This document shows positions 29,622-43,517 of a stretch of DNA of 64,000 nt, piece by piece (position 1 is the stretch's first letter; each line of letters opens with the position of its first letter). The notes under the pieces were generated by a model. It was not told the origin of the DNA. It saw only the letters and a program-made list of their open reading frames with translations, and ran no database searches. The DNA lies in the NCBI GenBank assembly GCA_964016885.1, contig OZ024741.1, positions 111,786,001 through 111,850,000 of the forward strand, read 5' to 3'. The DNA comes from Eledone cirrhosa (Eukaryota). Both the position numbers and the translations under genes were made by a program.

Positions 29622-31463
29622 CTAGCTAATAGGTTTAAAGTAGAAGAAAGATCTTAATATTCGGTGGGGGCAAGAGGAAAATATTTCTGACTTTCTGTTT
29701 AGTAGAGGGCATTTAGCAAATATAATAGAGTGGGATTCGGCAAGGCATAGGTTACATACTCTATTATGAGGAGTATATGGATGGGATTTAGCAACCTGCC
29801 GCCAAGTAAGTGTGTAATGTGTTCGTGCATTTTTTAAATTGTGGACGTACGCTGCCAAGGAGGTGGAGTTCCTCAGTTTATTATGTCTAAAAGTGCACTG
29901 GTGAGAGTTAAACCTGGTCTTAAAGGGGGTGGAGGTTGATCCTATATAGGTTTTAGTGGACGCCGTAGTTACCACATCACACGCATAAACTATGTTTCTA
30001 ATAAGGCAGAAACCATTCAGGGGGCAGCCTGAAGCCCTTCTACTGTTACAATTTCTGGTGATGCTATTCTTAGAATGATCACCACTTGTGTTTCGGCCCA
30101 CTCTGTCCACTACCGTGTTTTCCCCTAGGCTTAGGTTGTCCAGGCCTTCCTTTATTTTCCTATTATTAGTAATGGCCAGATGAGAGGCCAGATTTTGGGT
30201 TGTAGAATACGAAAGTTTAACAACATTCTTATTGAGGATAGAGTGGTACCTATTACCAGGAGGGAAGTTCCTTTCTAACACAGAGAAGAAGGCCCTAGGA
30301 ATATTTATAGCCACTTCAGAGTTAAAAGGGGGGTTGAAGTATGTATTCAATCTTCTTCTATTCTTTTTATTCTTTCCATTTCCATCACTATTATTAGCAT
30401 TATTATTTCCACGGTTACTATGCTCACCTAGTCTATGCGGGGAGCTGCGAGGCCTACCATTGCTATTACTTAGACTAATGGTGCCCTGCTGGTTCATTCC
30501 ACCGGCATTTAGAAACCTCCCATTCGCGACACCTCTATTGCTATTACTTAGACTAATGGTGCCCTGCTGGTTCATTCCACAGGCATTTAGAACCCTCCCA
30601 TTCGCGACACCTCTATTACCAATGGACATATTATGTGTTATAACAACACTGGTAGAGCTACTATTAGGACTATTATTTCCCTGGGTGTAATACAATTTGT
30701 CCCTAAAGCCGGATCTAGCTAAGGCATCATTATAGTAATCAGCCTGCGAGTCAAACGCCTCCTTACTATGTGAGAGTGAACTTATTCTGTTAGATACGCC
30801 CCTCAGTATACCGCTGATGACCGACCTAGGGTGGTTAGAGTTGGTATTCACGTAAGTCAGCAATTCATTAGGCTTATGGTACGGTGTGTACGTATGGTTA
30901 TCCAAGTCTAATGTAACATCCAGGAAGTTCACAGTTCTATCATTTATATCCATAGTAATGGATAGGTTAAAGGTTTTAAAAAAGCTATGCAGCTTTTTCC
31001 TAATGCGCACTATATTATACTTACTAGTATCTATGGAGAGTAGGGCGTCATCCCGGTACAACTCGCCCCTAAGGAATGGGAAGTTACTATGCAGTTCATT
31101 GAGGAGGTATAGCCCAACTAAGTCGGTGACCTGAGCAGTGTCACTCGACCCCATAGTAATGTCAAAATTATCAGGTGTGTTTTTTCTCGTCCATAGATTA
31201 TCCTCAAACATGATAATGGTTTTACGTGCAGCGAGAACAATATCTATCTGTGGCCTTGTAATTGCCCCCCTCTGCATGGCTAGGATAAGGGCCTTATTGA
31301 GGATAATAGGAGATATAGATGTATAATAAGCATCAATATCAAATTGGATGAATTTGAGTGCGTCACGACCACAATCCGTAGAGAACCACCTAATGACTTC
31401 ACTAGTGTTACCCCAAAGCTCAAGGAAAGTTTTTTCTCTAACCAGGGGAATAACGCTATCCAA
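29622..31463 (-). CDS. Penelope-like reverse transcriptase fused to a C-terminal GIY-YIG endonuclease (N-terminally truncated)
   Basis: RT motifs FIQFDIDAYYTSI, FDITMGSSD, LYRDD, VNFLDVTL and YHKP..YVN..SNHP. EN motifs IVY...YIGST..FKTRFNSH, CNLCLAE and LLNRKSE..CPH. The frame stays open upstream (RLICPSKSDLG) to the inversion junction at about 31535. Confidence 0.93.
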   Translation of the reverse strand: MDSVIPLVREKTFLELWGNTSEVIRWFSTDCGRDALKFIQFDIDAYYTSISPIILNKALILAMQRGAITRPQIDIVLAARKTIIMFEDNLWTRKNTPDNFDITMGSSDTAQVTDLVGLYLLNELHSNFPFLRGELYRDDALLSIDTSKYNIVRIRKKLHSFFKTFNLSITMDINDRTVNFLDVTLDLDNHTYTPYHKPNELLTYVNTNSNHPRSVISGILRGVSNRISSLSHSKEAFDSQADYYNDALARSGFRDKLYYTQGNNSPNSSSTSVVITHNMSIGNRGVANGRVLNACGMNQQGTISLSNSNRGVANGRFLNAGGMNQQGTISLSNSNGRPRSSPHRLGEHSNRGNNNANNSDGNGKNKKNRRRLNTYFNPPFNSEVAINIPRAFFSVLERNFPPGNRYHSILNKNVVKLSYSTTQNLASHLAITNNRKIKEGLDNLSLGENTVVDRVGRNTSGDHSKNSITRNCNSRRASGCPLNGFCLIRNIVYACDVVTTASTKTYIGSTSTPFKTRFNSHQCTFRHNKLRNSTSLAAYVHNLKNARTHYTLTWRQVAKSHPYTPHNRVCNLCLAESHSIIFAKCPLLNRKSEIFSSCPHRILRSFFYFKPIS

Positions 31464-33037
31464 GATTCCCTTACCAATAATCCCCAGGTCAGACTTGGAG
31501 GGGCAGATAAGCCTAACTGAGGGTCTGCTAATAACTGTAACTGTCTCTTATTGTGTGTAACTGTCTCCTATTGTTTGTCTTCTATGTATATGAGTCGGTG
31601 AGTGTATACGTATGCCTGCGGGAGGATATTGATCTGGATATTGGGGTGTACAGGTGAGTGGGTGTGTATGTTAATAAGCACCCCTGTTTGGCACAGCGGA
31701 TGTAACCCATCCACGCTCGCCTACCCACCATTGGTGCATTGGTGGGTCTATCCTGACGTGTATCTTGCGGATCTGTACCTCTGTATGCGCATGAGTTATG
31801 ATGTAATGTATCTATGTAGAGCGTGTACTGTGATATAGGCTGCACAAATAGAAATTTAGCCTGTAACTGTGGGCGGACCTGTGCCATCTCGCCGTAAGCA
31901 GTAGATACGTGGCGCATGTACGTGTTGCCCTCCTATTCTGTGGTTTAAGATCTACAGGCTGACTTCTGGGAGCTCTTGCCCGGGGTTGTGGTCTTTCTAG
32001 CACGATCGGCCTTCCATATATTGACGGTCGTTGTTATGATCCCGAAAGTAACGTTTTGGCCCCGATAGCCCTCCGTAGTTACTAACGGTCTGTGTACACT
32101 TAAATCGGGCAATGGCACGTGCGGACATGATTATCTCCGTAGGAATTCAATTTTATTTTACTGCATCTCATCGTATGTATTTATTTTGAATGTATTATCC
32201 GTGGTGGTGGGTCTTGCCTAATGTGGTATTTCTGTGTTTAATATCAGCTTTGACCCGGGTGTCCTACGCTGTGTGTGTGTGCGTGTGTGTCTGTGTATAC
32301 ATTTATATGTGTATGGGTGTAGGTGGTTGTATATGTCTGTATATAAAAAAATATATATATATGTATACCGTCTCTGCATATGCATGTGGTGTGTATATGT
32401 GTATATACGTGCTGAACATATTGGTGTGTATAATCTTGTGATGTCCCAATGCGGTGACTTCATGATATTGGCTCTTGAAGCTATTTTTTATATATCTTTT
32501 GTATGCGCTCCAACTGTGTCTGCTTGCTTTGGCTAACCCGCCTGCACCTGCTTGCTTTCGGCCCAATTGTCTGCCTCTTGCTACTGCACGTGAATTCTCC
32601 TACCTTCCTTCGATGTACCTCTGTTTGACCATTGGACTCCTGCCTGGGTGTGAACCGGTTTGTGATTACCCCACCGCTCAACTGTGTGAATGCACACCCG
32701 TGACTTTCGAGTGAACTTTTGAGACTGCCCAACCTGGGACGCCTCCATTGCCTTGCAATGGTCAAGTGATACTGATAACTGTGACACTTAGTGCCTTCGT
32801 GGGCCCCTGATATATTCAAGAAATATATTCTAAAAAAATGGTCAAGTGATACTGATAACTGTGACACTTAGTGCCTTCGTGGGCCCCTGATATATTCAAG
32901 AAATATATTCTAAAAATATATATATCTTATCTCAATTTACTTTATTTTATTTTATTTTATTTCATTTCATTTTATTTAATTTTATTTATTTATTTATTTA
33001 ATTTCATTTATTTATTTACTTATTTATTTATTTATTT

Positions 33038-33085
<48 letters not shown>

Positions 33086-33684
33086 TTTTAATTTTATTTA
33101 TTTATTTAATTTTATTTATTTATTTAATTATATTTAATTATATCTTATATTATATTATTTTATTTTATATTATTTTATTTTATTTTAGTTTACCTTATTT
33201 TATCTATTTTATGATTATATTATATTATGTTCTATTTTATATAATTTTAATTTTAATTTTATATTATTTTATTTCATTCCTTACCCTGTATCACTATTAT
33301 CTGTATATTTTATATGTATGTTTTTTATATTTTTTTATATTTCCTTATATATATTATAAGTCTATTTTTTACCTATTTTTCACCTATTTTTTACCTACTC
33401 TTACCTAATCCTATCTATCTTATCTACTCTTGTCTGTTCTCTTATCCATGTGTATGCTTGTATGTAACTATATGTTGACAGCACCCCGCCCAACTGTGAC
33501 TGATAGCACCCCTTATTTTTCAATTATTTTTCATTGTTTATTTATTATTTTTATTTTTATTTTTATTTTTATTTTTATTTTTATTTTTATTTTTACTTTT
33601 ACTTCCTTAATATCCTTTATCTTCTATTATTTTTCATTCTTCAATGTCTTGGATTTGTTATTGCTTGTGTGGTATGTAATTAAC

Positions 33685-33742
33685 CTTTATGCTCTGATGA
33701 GTCCCACTTATAGTGCGGATGAAACAATGTTAGCAAGTAAAG
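33685..33742 (+). ncRNA. type I hammerhead ribozyme at the PLE terminus (mirror copy at 27387-27444, minus)
   Basis: cttta-t-gct-CTGATGA-gtcccact(tat)agtgcggat-GAAA-caatgtt-agc-aag-taaag. Confidence 0.8.
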
Positions 33743-33774
33743 ATATGCATATGCTATAGGCGTTCTTTGTTATT

Positions 33775-33951
<177 letters not shown>

Positions 33952-33989
33952 ATAATAATATTATTTATACTTATATATACATTATATAT

Positions 33990-34607
33990 AATTATAAACA
34001 GAAAAGATCAGTAATTTATTACCACCTTATTACCCGTAAGAAAAATACCTCAATGTAAATACATCAGATGTTTTACAGAGCGGAAATATAAATTACAGAA
34101 TAATCAATCAAAACTATGTTCAAAACATTTTATTGCTGACAATCGTTTCTTCCAAACCTTCGTTTGGAATCATCGAAGCACTAGCAAAGTTTAGACATAT
34201 AATTAACCTTCTATTTCCACAGACCAATCGAAATGATACATAGATGTTAGTGTGTCATATTTAAAGAGTGAAGATGATGTGGTCAGTATCAGTGGATGCG
34301 ACAAAGATTATAAAAGAAAAATACAACAATTATAGAGGGATTAAAGAAGAAAGTTACTCGTAAAACGAGGACATTAGCAGTACATATGCAAGCGTATAGA
34401 AAGAGTGCAGATGTGTTAGGCATGTACAGAATAACCAGGTAAGAAACAAGCAATGGCAGTAAGCATATATATCACAATATGGCAAAGGTATAGGAGGTTA
34501 ATTATATGTCTAAACTTTTCTAGTGCTCCGATGAATCCAAACGAAAGTTTGGAAAAAACTATTGTCAGCAATAAAATGTTTTGAACATAGTTTTGATTAT
34601 TCTGTAA
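33990..34607. mobile_element. internally deleted fold-back relative of the 16367 and 47179 PLE family
   Basis: Arms at about 34092-34213 / 34490-34607, each with a (C/T)CGATGA hammerhead variant. The left extension is homologous to 19424-19515 and 49302-49395. Confidence 0.8.
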
Positions 34608-34817
34608 TATATATATATATATATATATACAGAGATATCCACGGTAAGTTGTGGGGTCTATTCTGCATGAAGAACTCAATGTAATCCATATGTTGAAAAT
34701 GTTGTAGGTTAAGATAAATCCCGGAAAACAATAAAACATTAAAAGGAAAACAGAGTCATGATATAAGTTAAAACAATGAAATAAAAAATCCAGTCAAAAT
34801 AGAAATATACTTCACTG

Positions 34818-34862
<45 letters not shown>

Positions 34863-35142
34863 CGTTGCAGCACGTAATCGGCAGGTAGACGGTATTTGCC
34901 ATATAAGTCATTATCTCGATTAATCGGTTTTGATAAACGACCATTGCTGTTTTCTTTTATTACTACTGGTAGACACCTATTCTGGAGCAAGAAAACCACG
35001 GGTAACATTCTGAAATATATTGAATTCAACATTTAGAAATACATAATATATGTATATATATTATTTCCTCAGACACACAATGTAAACCCACGAGTGCAGT
35101 ATAATGATGAAATACAGAGACCGGTGGAGAGAACTCGTCCAT

Positions 35143-35214
<72 letters not shown>

Positions 35215-37577
35215 CCTAGTGCTCGAATGTGCTGATCTACACACCTGTAAACTATTTGAGACTTCTAAGAAGGCGTAACTTCCTCTAGATTAAAGGGTAC
35301 CAAAGTAGAAGAGAGCCCATCCTATTCCATTGAGAAGATGTGAGTTTAATATATTTCCTTCTATTACGTTTAGTTAATTGTAATATTTTTACCTCTGGTT
35401 TTATGTCACTAAAGCTATTCAGTATAACTACACAGACATACAATCACACAATGATTGAATAAAATGGAGACCTACGTATAAGTACAGAATGTATGTTGTA
35501 TTGTGTACATTATTCTGTGCTGTTGAATGGCAGTTAAACAGCAATGAAAAGTAGAAACTGCGGTAAAATCGACCTAATTTTGTTACCATGTGCTCTTAAA
35601 TAGTAACTCAATAGTTCTGATTAATTACGAAATATAATATATGGTATCCAATTAATTATAATACGTGTTTTCATATAACAATGCATGATTACATTATAAA
35701 TAGTCTGTAGCCGATTAATCGTTATTGATGATGCGATGTCTCCTTTATTTGATGTTATTCCAATCCAATGATTTGAACTCAGAGCACAGAGAACCAGAAG
35801 GAATACTGTAACTCATTCTACCCTACGTTCTAACTACTCATCTCCTTACAATGGTGAATTACACCTCTCTGAAGTATCTAGTATCAACTAATGAAGCTTA
35901 GTTTTTGAGGTTTAAGGCCCCATTCAGCCACGGTTATCATACACTGCCGGTGAAAATGTATGAACGAACAACCTGCCACCCTACTGTCTGATATACTATC
36001 GATTTAGCTGCACGGACTTGAAGGATTTACGATATGCGTTTGTTTACAGCCTCTCTTCATCAACCTAATTAATACAATAATGGAACCTTAATTATTTCAA
36101 GGATTGTTTACGATAATATGCTTCAAGCCTGTGATTAAAATCTGTGATTAAAGACAAAAAAAACAAAACAAAACAAAAAAAGGCAAAAAAAAAACAAAAA
36201 AAAACAAACAAAACCAACAAACGATAATAAAATACATAGAGAAATAAAAAAAATTTCTATTAATGATAATGGTTGAATTATGTATGTCTTCCCCAAAGCT
36301 GTCATAAACCACCAGATCCCATTTACGTCTAATCTGAAAAGTTTCCATTAAGAAACCTTTTAACAGAAATAGGTTCTCCAGAAAATTTATTTGGTGGTAT
36401 GTTAGTTGATTAAATTTCTGTTCAGCATTTATGTGAACTGTAAATATCCCAAAATGATTTTGACACTATGAACAAGATAATGTTAGCTAACGAAATAAAA
36501 TCTACCCAAGGTTCTTTATTGTATTATATTAATTTTGCTTGGTGGGTTTATTGTAGATGCAAAAAAAAAAAAAAAAAAGAAATACTAAACAAAGCGTATG
36601 CATGGTTGTCTGGTTAGGTGTCGTTGACAAAATCAAGGCGCTGTTCCAGTATGTCAGTTGTATAATAACTGAAGCCATTAAAATTATAATAAAAAAACAA
36701 ACATGAAACGCTCCTATAGAATTCAAAGTTCTGGGGCAATATGAAATAAAGGACACGACACACCACAGTGAATATAACTGACGACCTTACGATCGTGTGC
36801 CAAACACTTTAACTACCAAACCCGTGTCATGTGCATAAAACAACGAATTAGCAATGTGGCCATGCTGGTCTTTAAATGTGTTTGTTGCTTTTATCCATCC
36901 TACAATGTTGTTTTGTATTTACTCCATCACACCCAACATATCCGAAGTGCAAAGTGTGTTAAAATTTATTGTTTTTTTTATTATACATATTTGTTTTTAT
37001 TTTATTTAGATACTTCAGGGCAGTGGATTGACAGTAACTGCAGAACCTAGAACAAAATGCTTTGAGATATTTAATTACAACTTTCTACATTCTGAGTTCA
37101 AATATCACCGAGGTCAACTTTGCCTTTCATCCTTCCGGGGTCAATAAAATAAAAATCTGTCAAGTACAGGGGTCGATATAAATCGATTTTCCCCTCCCTA
37201 CAAATTGTTGGCCGTGTGTCTGAATTAGAAATCGTTATATTTCGATGATAATTAATTAAAACATCGTATAGAATATTTTGCGGATTTCGTTCAGGCTTTC
37301 TGCACATTGATTTAATCATCCAAGGGTTGACTTAGACTTTCATCCTTTCAATACTAATCCATTTTTTGGTCACTTTTTCTTCTTTCTCTCTTTCTCTTGA
37401 AGAAATTGACTGTGTTCAGACCTGGAAAGAAGTGGGCCTCTTCCAGGTTTGAGTGCTCAACGATAGTGCCCCTACTACTCCATCGCAAGCCCTGGGCACA
37501 TGAATAGATGTGTATGTGTAAATGCAAGAATAAGGGCTGATTAAGTTGATCAGAAAATAAAATATTGAATAAAAAAA

Positions 37578-37762
37578 ATAATTGTTTCTACTTTTGGCAC
37601 AAGGCCAGCAATTACCCAGTGCATTACTGGTACTTTATTTTATCGACCCCGTAAGGATGAAAGGCAAAGTTAACCTCAGCGGGATTTGAACTCAGACCAT
37701 AAAGGGCCGTAAGTCTTTGCTGCAAAGCATGGCGTCCGACCCTCTACCGATACTGCCAATCC
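37578..37762 (-). mobile_element. tRNA-derived SINE
   Basis: Full-length copy of the major family. Confidence 0.85.
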
Positions 37763-37849
37763 ATGTTTTGTGTTTTTAGTTGGTGTCAACGATGAGCATT
37801 CAATTATTCGACTAACTGCATTTTTACATGTGAAATGAATATGTAATTG

Positions 37850-39260
37850 TGGAGGATGAAATCCGGCCTGAGATGTTAAAAGTCTTAAATAGAGAAAGGT
37901 ACTCACTGACTGACTTGTGTGTGCCGAGTGGCCTGGATCTCTGGAAAGGCACCTAAGCAATGGTAGTCGGGAGTGATATTTTTCAAAAAAGGAGACAAAA
38001 GAGATTGCTCCAATTAAAGAGGAATCTCCTTGTTAAGCCTCCCTTGTAAAGTCTATGCTAAGTGTCTGGCAAAAAATGGGAGATTGTCAAGTCCAAGCTA
38101 ACTGATGAACAGTGCAGTTTTCTCCCCGGACGCAGCCCGGCCGACCAAATATTCACACTCCGGCAGGAGTGGGAGTACTTCCAAGGGATGTATTCTTGTT
38201 TTGTAGACCTCGAAAAGGCCTATGACCACGTTCCACGGGACCTGTTGTAGAAGGTTTTGCAGGGTTATAGGATTAATGGGCAGCTCCTAGTTGCTCTGAT
38301 GTATCTATACGAATACTCGAGTATCTGTGTTCGGATAAATGGTGCTAGATCGAAACAATTCAATGTGGGAGTCGCCAAGGGTACCTACTCTCACTTCCCC
38401 TGTTCATTATTTTCATGAACAGGATCGACATGCGCAGCTGGGTTGGAACTAGTAGGCTGGAATTTGCAGACGACAATGTATTACTTAACTCGACAGAAAA
38501 CGATTTCCCGCTTGTGCCTCATAGGTTTGATGCCGAGTGCTGCCTGACTGGAATGAAAATCAGTGCTGCGAAAACTGAGACACTCTTCCTCTCAAGGAAG
38601 CCTGCGCAGTGCATTCTATATGTAAATGGCCTTCCAATGAAGCAGGTGGAGAAGTTCAAGTAACTGGGGGTCGTGTTCACGAGTGATGGCAGGCAGGAAG
38701 CTAAATGAAGTGCAAGAATTGCAGGAGTTGGTGCAGTAGCTTGCCAGCTTCAGCACTCTGTAATCAGAAGTGAGGCGTGTGCAAAATCGAAATTCGATAT
38801 CTTCAATTCGGTATTCGTGCTAACCATTACTTATGGTCATGAATCTTGGGTAATGACCGAAAGAATATGATCTCGAATACAAGCGGCCGAAATGTGGTTC
38901 ATCCGAAGGGTTTATGGTGTAAGGTTACTCGGAGATCAAGCAGTCGATCTAAGTAGAGCTGCTGCTTCTCCGAATTGAGAGATCACAGCTCCGGTACTAT
39001 GGGCATGAGGCTAGAATGTTTCAGGAAAGGATCGCTGGACAGATTTTTCGGGCAAAACCAGAAGGTAGAAGACCCAGAGTTAGATCCCGAACAAGATAGT
39101 TGGATAACATCCATGAGCTTGGCTGGTCTCGCTTGGGGATCCAGCCGGATCAGTTAGAAATGGTTGCTTCCGACAAGACCCTCTGGAATGAGTGTTTGAG
39201 GACTCTATCCCCACGACCCTCTCAGGAATAAGTGGACGAAGAAGAAGAAGTAGAAGAAGA
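37850..39260 (+). mobile_element. decayed 5'-truncated RTE-clade LINE
   Basis: DEIRPEMLK, KKGD...N*RGISLLSLP.KVYAK, EQCSFLPGRS.ADQIFTLRQ, FVDLEKAYD, FADD and QVEKFK*LG, ending in a (GAA)n tail at about 39238-39260. Confidence 0.88.
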
Positions 39261-39801
39261 CTCAAGATACCCGTATTTTAAACACAACTTCCAAGCCGAA
39301 TCAGCGCGACGCAGGACCTTTGAATTACAAAGTGAAAAGGTGAGAGGGAGAGAGGTAAAGGGAAGAGAGATAGAGGAAGAAGAAAAGAGAGAGAGGGATG
39401 ATAAACAAAGATAGAGGGGGTGGGAGAGGGAAGAGAGATGGAAAGAAGGAGATAAGAAGCGAGAGGGAGTGAGACAGAAGGCGCGAGAGAGAGGGAACAA
39501 AAGAGAGGGAAAGGGAATGAGAGGGAGATTGAGAAAAAAGAGTAAAAGAGAGAGAAAGAGAGGGTGACACAGGGTGATACAGAGAGAGAGAGAATCAATT
39601 CCAGTACTAGATTGGTACTTTATTTATAGACCTCGAAAAGATGAACGGCAAAGTTGACATCGGCGATATTTGAACTTAGACCAAATACCGCAAGGCAATT
39701 GTTCCTCTACTCTCACGTGTTTGCCAATCCAACACCCTTTTTCCAGGTGATTAATGAAATAACATTTCAATATATCACCGCGATCACAACGAACGTCGTA
39801 T

Positions 39802-39833
<32 letters not shown>

Positions 39834-40056
39834 AGGAAGAGAGAATCTATCTTTATTTATCGACAAGTAGAAAAGTAAAATTAACCTCAGCGAGATTTTA
39901 GCAAAGAGAACTAAAGCGGATATCTCAAGATATTCTATCTGATGATCTACCGATTCTTCTTCTTTTTCTTCTTCTTCTTCTCTCCTCCTCCCCTCCTTCA
40001 TCGTCTTTTTTTCTACTACTACTACTAGTACCACCACCATCAGCACCACTACCACC

Positions 40057-40135
<79 letters not shown>

Positions 40136-40329
40136 TATTTTCATCCACCTCATCATCATCTTGCTTTCTTTCTTAACGTCTGATTCATCTGCTGATATAT
40201 ATATTTGACAAGTCTGATATACTACATATTACATAATGTCATTTTCAATCTAACAAATCAAGCATTTCAGCTCGGAATTCTCCATATTGCCCCATGTTTG
40301 CAAAAGTCATATTTCTTAAAACAGAGGAA

Positions 40330-40880
40330 CATACACACACACACACAGACACACACAGACATACACACACATGACACATCACACACACAGACAGACATAC
40401 ACACTCACAAACATACATACACACACATGCACACACATGACACATCACATATACACACACTCACACACACACACACACAAAAACACACACACATACACTC
40501 ACACACACACACATACACAGACACACACATACACTCACACACATACACACACATATACACACACATTGCACATCACACACACAGACAGACATACACACTC
40601 ACACATACATACACACACATGCACACACATCACACATCACATATACACACACTCACTCACACACACAAAAACACACACACATACACTCACACACACACGC
40701 ACATACATACACACATATCACACATCAGACACACACACGGAAACATTCGCACACATGCGCACGCACACACATGGACACACACACACACATCCCAGGCACT
40801 CAAACACACACATCTCATACATCACAGGCACTCACACACACACACACACATATATATATACCATACACACACATACACAC
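40330..40880. repeat. degenerate (CA)n-rich low-complexity tract
   Basis: Interrupted CA repeats that explain the H/T-rich ORFs. Confidence 0.9.
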
Positions 40881-40995
40881 GCAGAATTCCACTGAGAATA
40901 CAATTATTGTTGGTATATTCAGTTTCATTGTCTGCTGACATGGACAGATGTTACCCCTCCCCTCTCATCAGAGGAGAGGGGTAAATACTCGCAAG

Positions 40996-41058
<63 letters not shown>

Positions 41059-41248
41059 AGGGACAGTATCTTTTTCCCTCCACTCTTTTAGTTTTTCAAA
41101 TCATGTATCACACGCCCCACTGTGCCCTTTCTTTATATTATCTTATAGATTTTCACCAATATATATATATATAAAAGTGGATGAATACCTCAACAGGTAC
41201 AATGTACTTGTAGAAATATGCAAGTTGCTTATAATAGCTTGCTCCGCT

Positions 41249-41286
<38 letters not shown>

Positions 41287-41571
41287 GTATATATATATAT
41301 ATATAATATGTATATATATATCTATCTATCTAAGGCGGGTAAAATTCCCGAGATCCATGGACGAGTTCTCTCCAGCGGTCTCTGTCCCTCATTATCGCTG
41401 CCATGTCCTGCATCTCCAACATACCAGTGTCTGTCCTTAGGGCATCAACATACGTTAACCTATATATATATATATATATATGATGAAAGCGCACCATATT
41501 TTGCCTTTGCTCTTGAAATATGTATAATAAAATAAATATGGTTTTATAAATATAGTTTCCATTTATTAAAT

Positions 41572-41635
<64 letters not shown>

Positions 41636-41663
41636 GAAAGTGAACAACCACAAAATATAGCTA

Positions 41664-41731
41664 CTCCATTACCAAAGGTTTCTGGATCACAGACGATAAT
41701 AATATACATCTGGATCGTTCGTCAGATAGAG
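41664..41731 (-). ncRNA. type I hammerhead ribozyme
   Basis: Reverse complement reads ctctat-CTGACGA-acgatccagatg...cgtctgtgatcca-GAAA-cc(ttt)ggTA-atggag. Confidence 0.78.
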
Positions 41732-41776
41732 ATGTTATAGATAAAAGATATGAAATGAGATTTAAAATCTGTAAAA

Positions 41777-41811
<35 letters not shown>

Positions 41812-42093
41812 AAAAGAGTCAGGACCCCGACGGCTGAGTGCCGACAGTTTCGACAGCTAGATCCACTCTACTACCCTAAGTATCGAGTAATCTGGTGCAT
41901 TATTGTCCACCTGGTATATTATCACATTTTCTTTGTTATAGATATATATATATATAAGTAGAAGTTGTATTTAATTTGTTGGAAGTCCGACAAACATAAA
42001 TGTTTATAACTGATTTAGAGCACTCAACAGTTTACTGGAGTAAATATTCAATGATATTAAATAAATGGAAACTATATTTATAAAACCATATTT

Positions 42094-42156
42094 ATTTTAT
42101 TATACATATTTCAAGGGCAACCAAGATAACATTGATACGCTTTCATCAGATAAAAT
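42094..42156 (-). ncRNA. type I hammerhead ribozyme (relatives at 45694-45756, partial at 41481-41533 and about 60931)
   Basis: Reverse complement reads attttat-CTGATGA-aagcg...gccctt-GAAA-tatgtata-ataaaat. Confidence 0.72.
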
Positions 42157-42333
42157 ACAAAGTTTGTTTTATAAATAGAGACGTACCCATGAAAATCATA
42201 CCTTATCGGTTGGAAATTCACTGGAAAGTAGGGATTATTCAAACTTATGTGTGAATATGCAAATAAATATGTAAATAATTGAAAAACAACCGTTTATTTA
42301 AATGACACTGGAGAAAGAGAGATAATATCATTG

Positions 42334-42414
<81 letters not shown>

Positions 42415-43259
42415 TATATAAGGGAACAAAGAATCAGTGTTCAATCATACACATATTTAATTACATATTACAAATGTTTCATTGTCGATCAGCTCGAGGA
42501 ACGATCGGTTAATGATCGATCCTGACTCTGGAATCGGCAGCTCCTCAGATGTGTTTGAATATGTAGACTGGAGTCTGAGAATGGTTGAATATTATCCCGA
42601 TTTCTTCTTATATACTACCATAAACTCTGTCATAAGGGTGTGTCATCGTATTCCACTTGTTGGTTTGTCTTCGGTCAGATCACAGCTGGGGGCGTCCTAT
42701 AATTTAGCGAATATTATCGCCAACTGTGGTCAAGTTGTCGTACGTATCAATGCGTGTCGTCACGTTGGCCTGATGACCGCTGCTATAGTGTTTGAAGTAA
42801 GCATTAACGAGATAAGACAAAACAAGAATACGATCGTAAATAAATATAAAGGGGTAAAAAAATAAACATACAAAATAAAAACCAATCCTAACTAAGATAC
42901 AGAGCTGATAGGAAAATAAATAATAAAAAGATATTACGATCATATCAGAATGCTAGTAAGATAGAGACAGTGCGTACGTAAATAAATAATAAAAGGATAT
43001 ATATAATAAAATAAAGATAAAATACAGTAATGAATGAAAAAAAACAAAACAATATCTATACATAAAAAAAACAAAATATAAAGTAATAACAGTGCAGATA
43101 AAGGATAAGCAGTAGAACTAAAACCTACACACACACACATATATATATATATAAATATGTATAGAAATATACACACACCCACATACATATATACGCGTTC
43201 TCACATGCGCGCACACATACACGCAAACATATCGTTACCTACACACACATATCTACTCT

Positions 43260-43290
<31 letters not shown>

Positions 43291-43298
<8 letters not shown>

Positions 43299-43438
43299 GA
43301 ATAAACAAGAGAGATGAACCCTAATATAAACATACATGTGTTCGAATCGTAAGGACTAGGCTAGCTAACCTAGTCCTTACGATTCGAACACATGTATGTT
43401 TATATTAGTGTTCATCTCTCTGGTTTATTCAATTATAT
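43291..43438. repeat. about 70-bp-arm hairpin adjoining (AT)n
   Basis: aattgaataaac...cgaatcgtaaggactagg pairs with cctagtccttacgattcg...gtttattcaatt. Confidence 0.85.
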
Positions 43439-43517
43439 TACACGGCTCGGAAAATCTTTTTTCTTATAGCTATTTAATTGTTAGAAACTCAGAGTAGTCT
43501 CTTATTCAGAGTAGTCT

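Noticed and set aside
29622-31463. Selenoprotein-encoding Naiad (TGA at Cys positions)
   Set aside because: There is no in-frame TGA at the conserved Cys positions in the EN copies, and I recognised no SECIS.
28238-33759. Paired identical ORFs on opposite strands in the big inverted arms
   Set aside because: The identity comes from the inverted duplication of a non-coding 3' region, and there are no recognisable domains.
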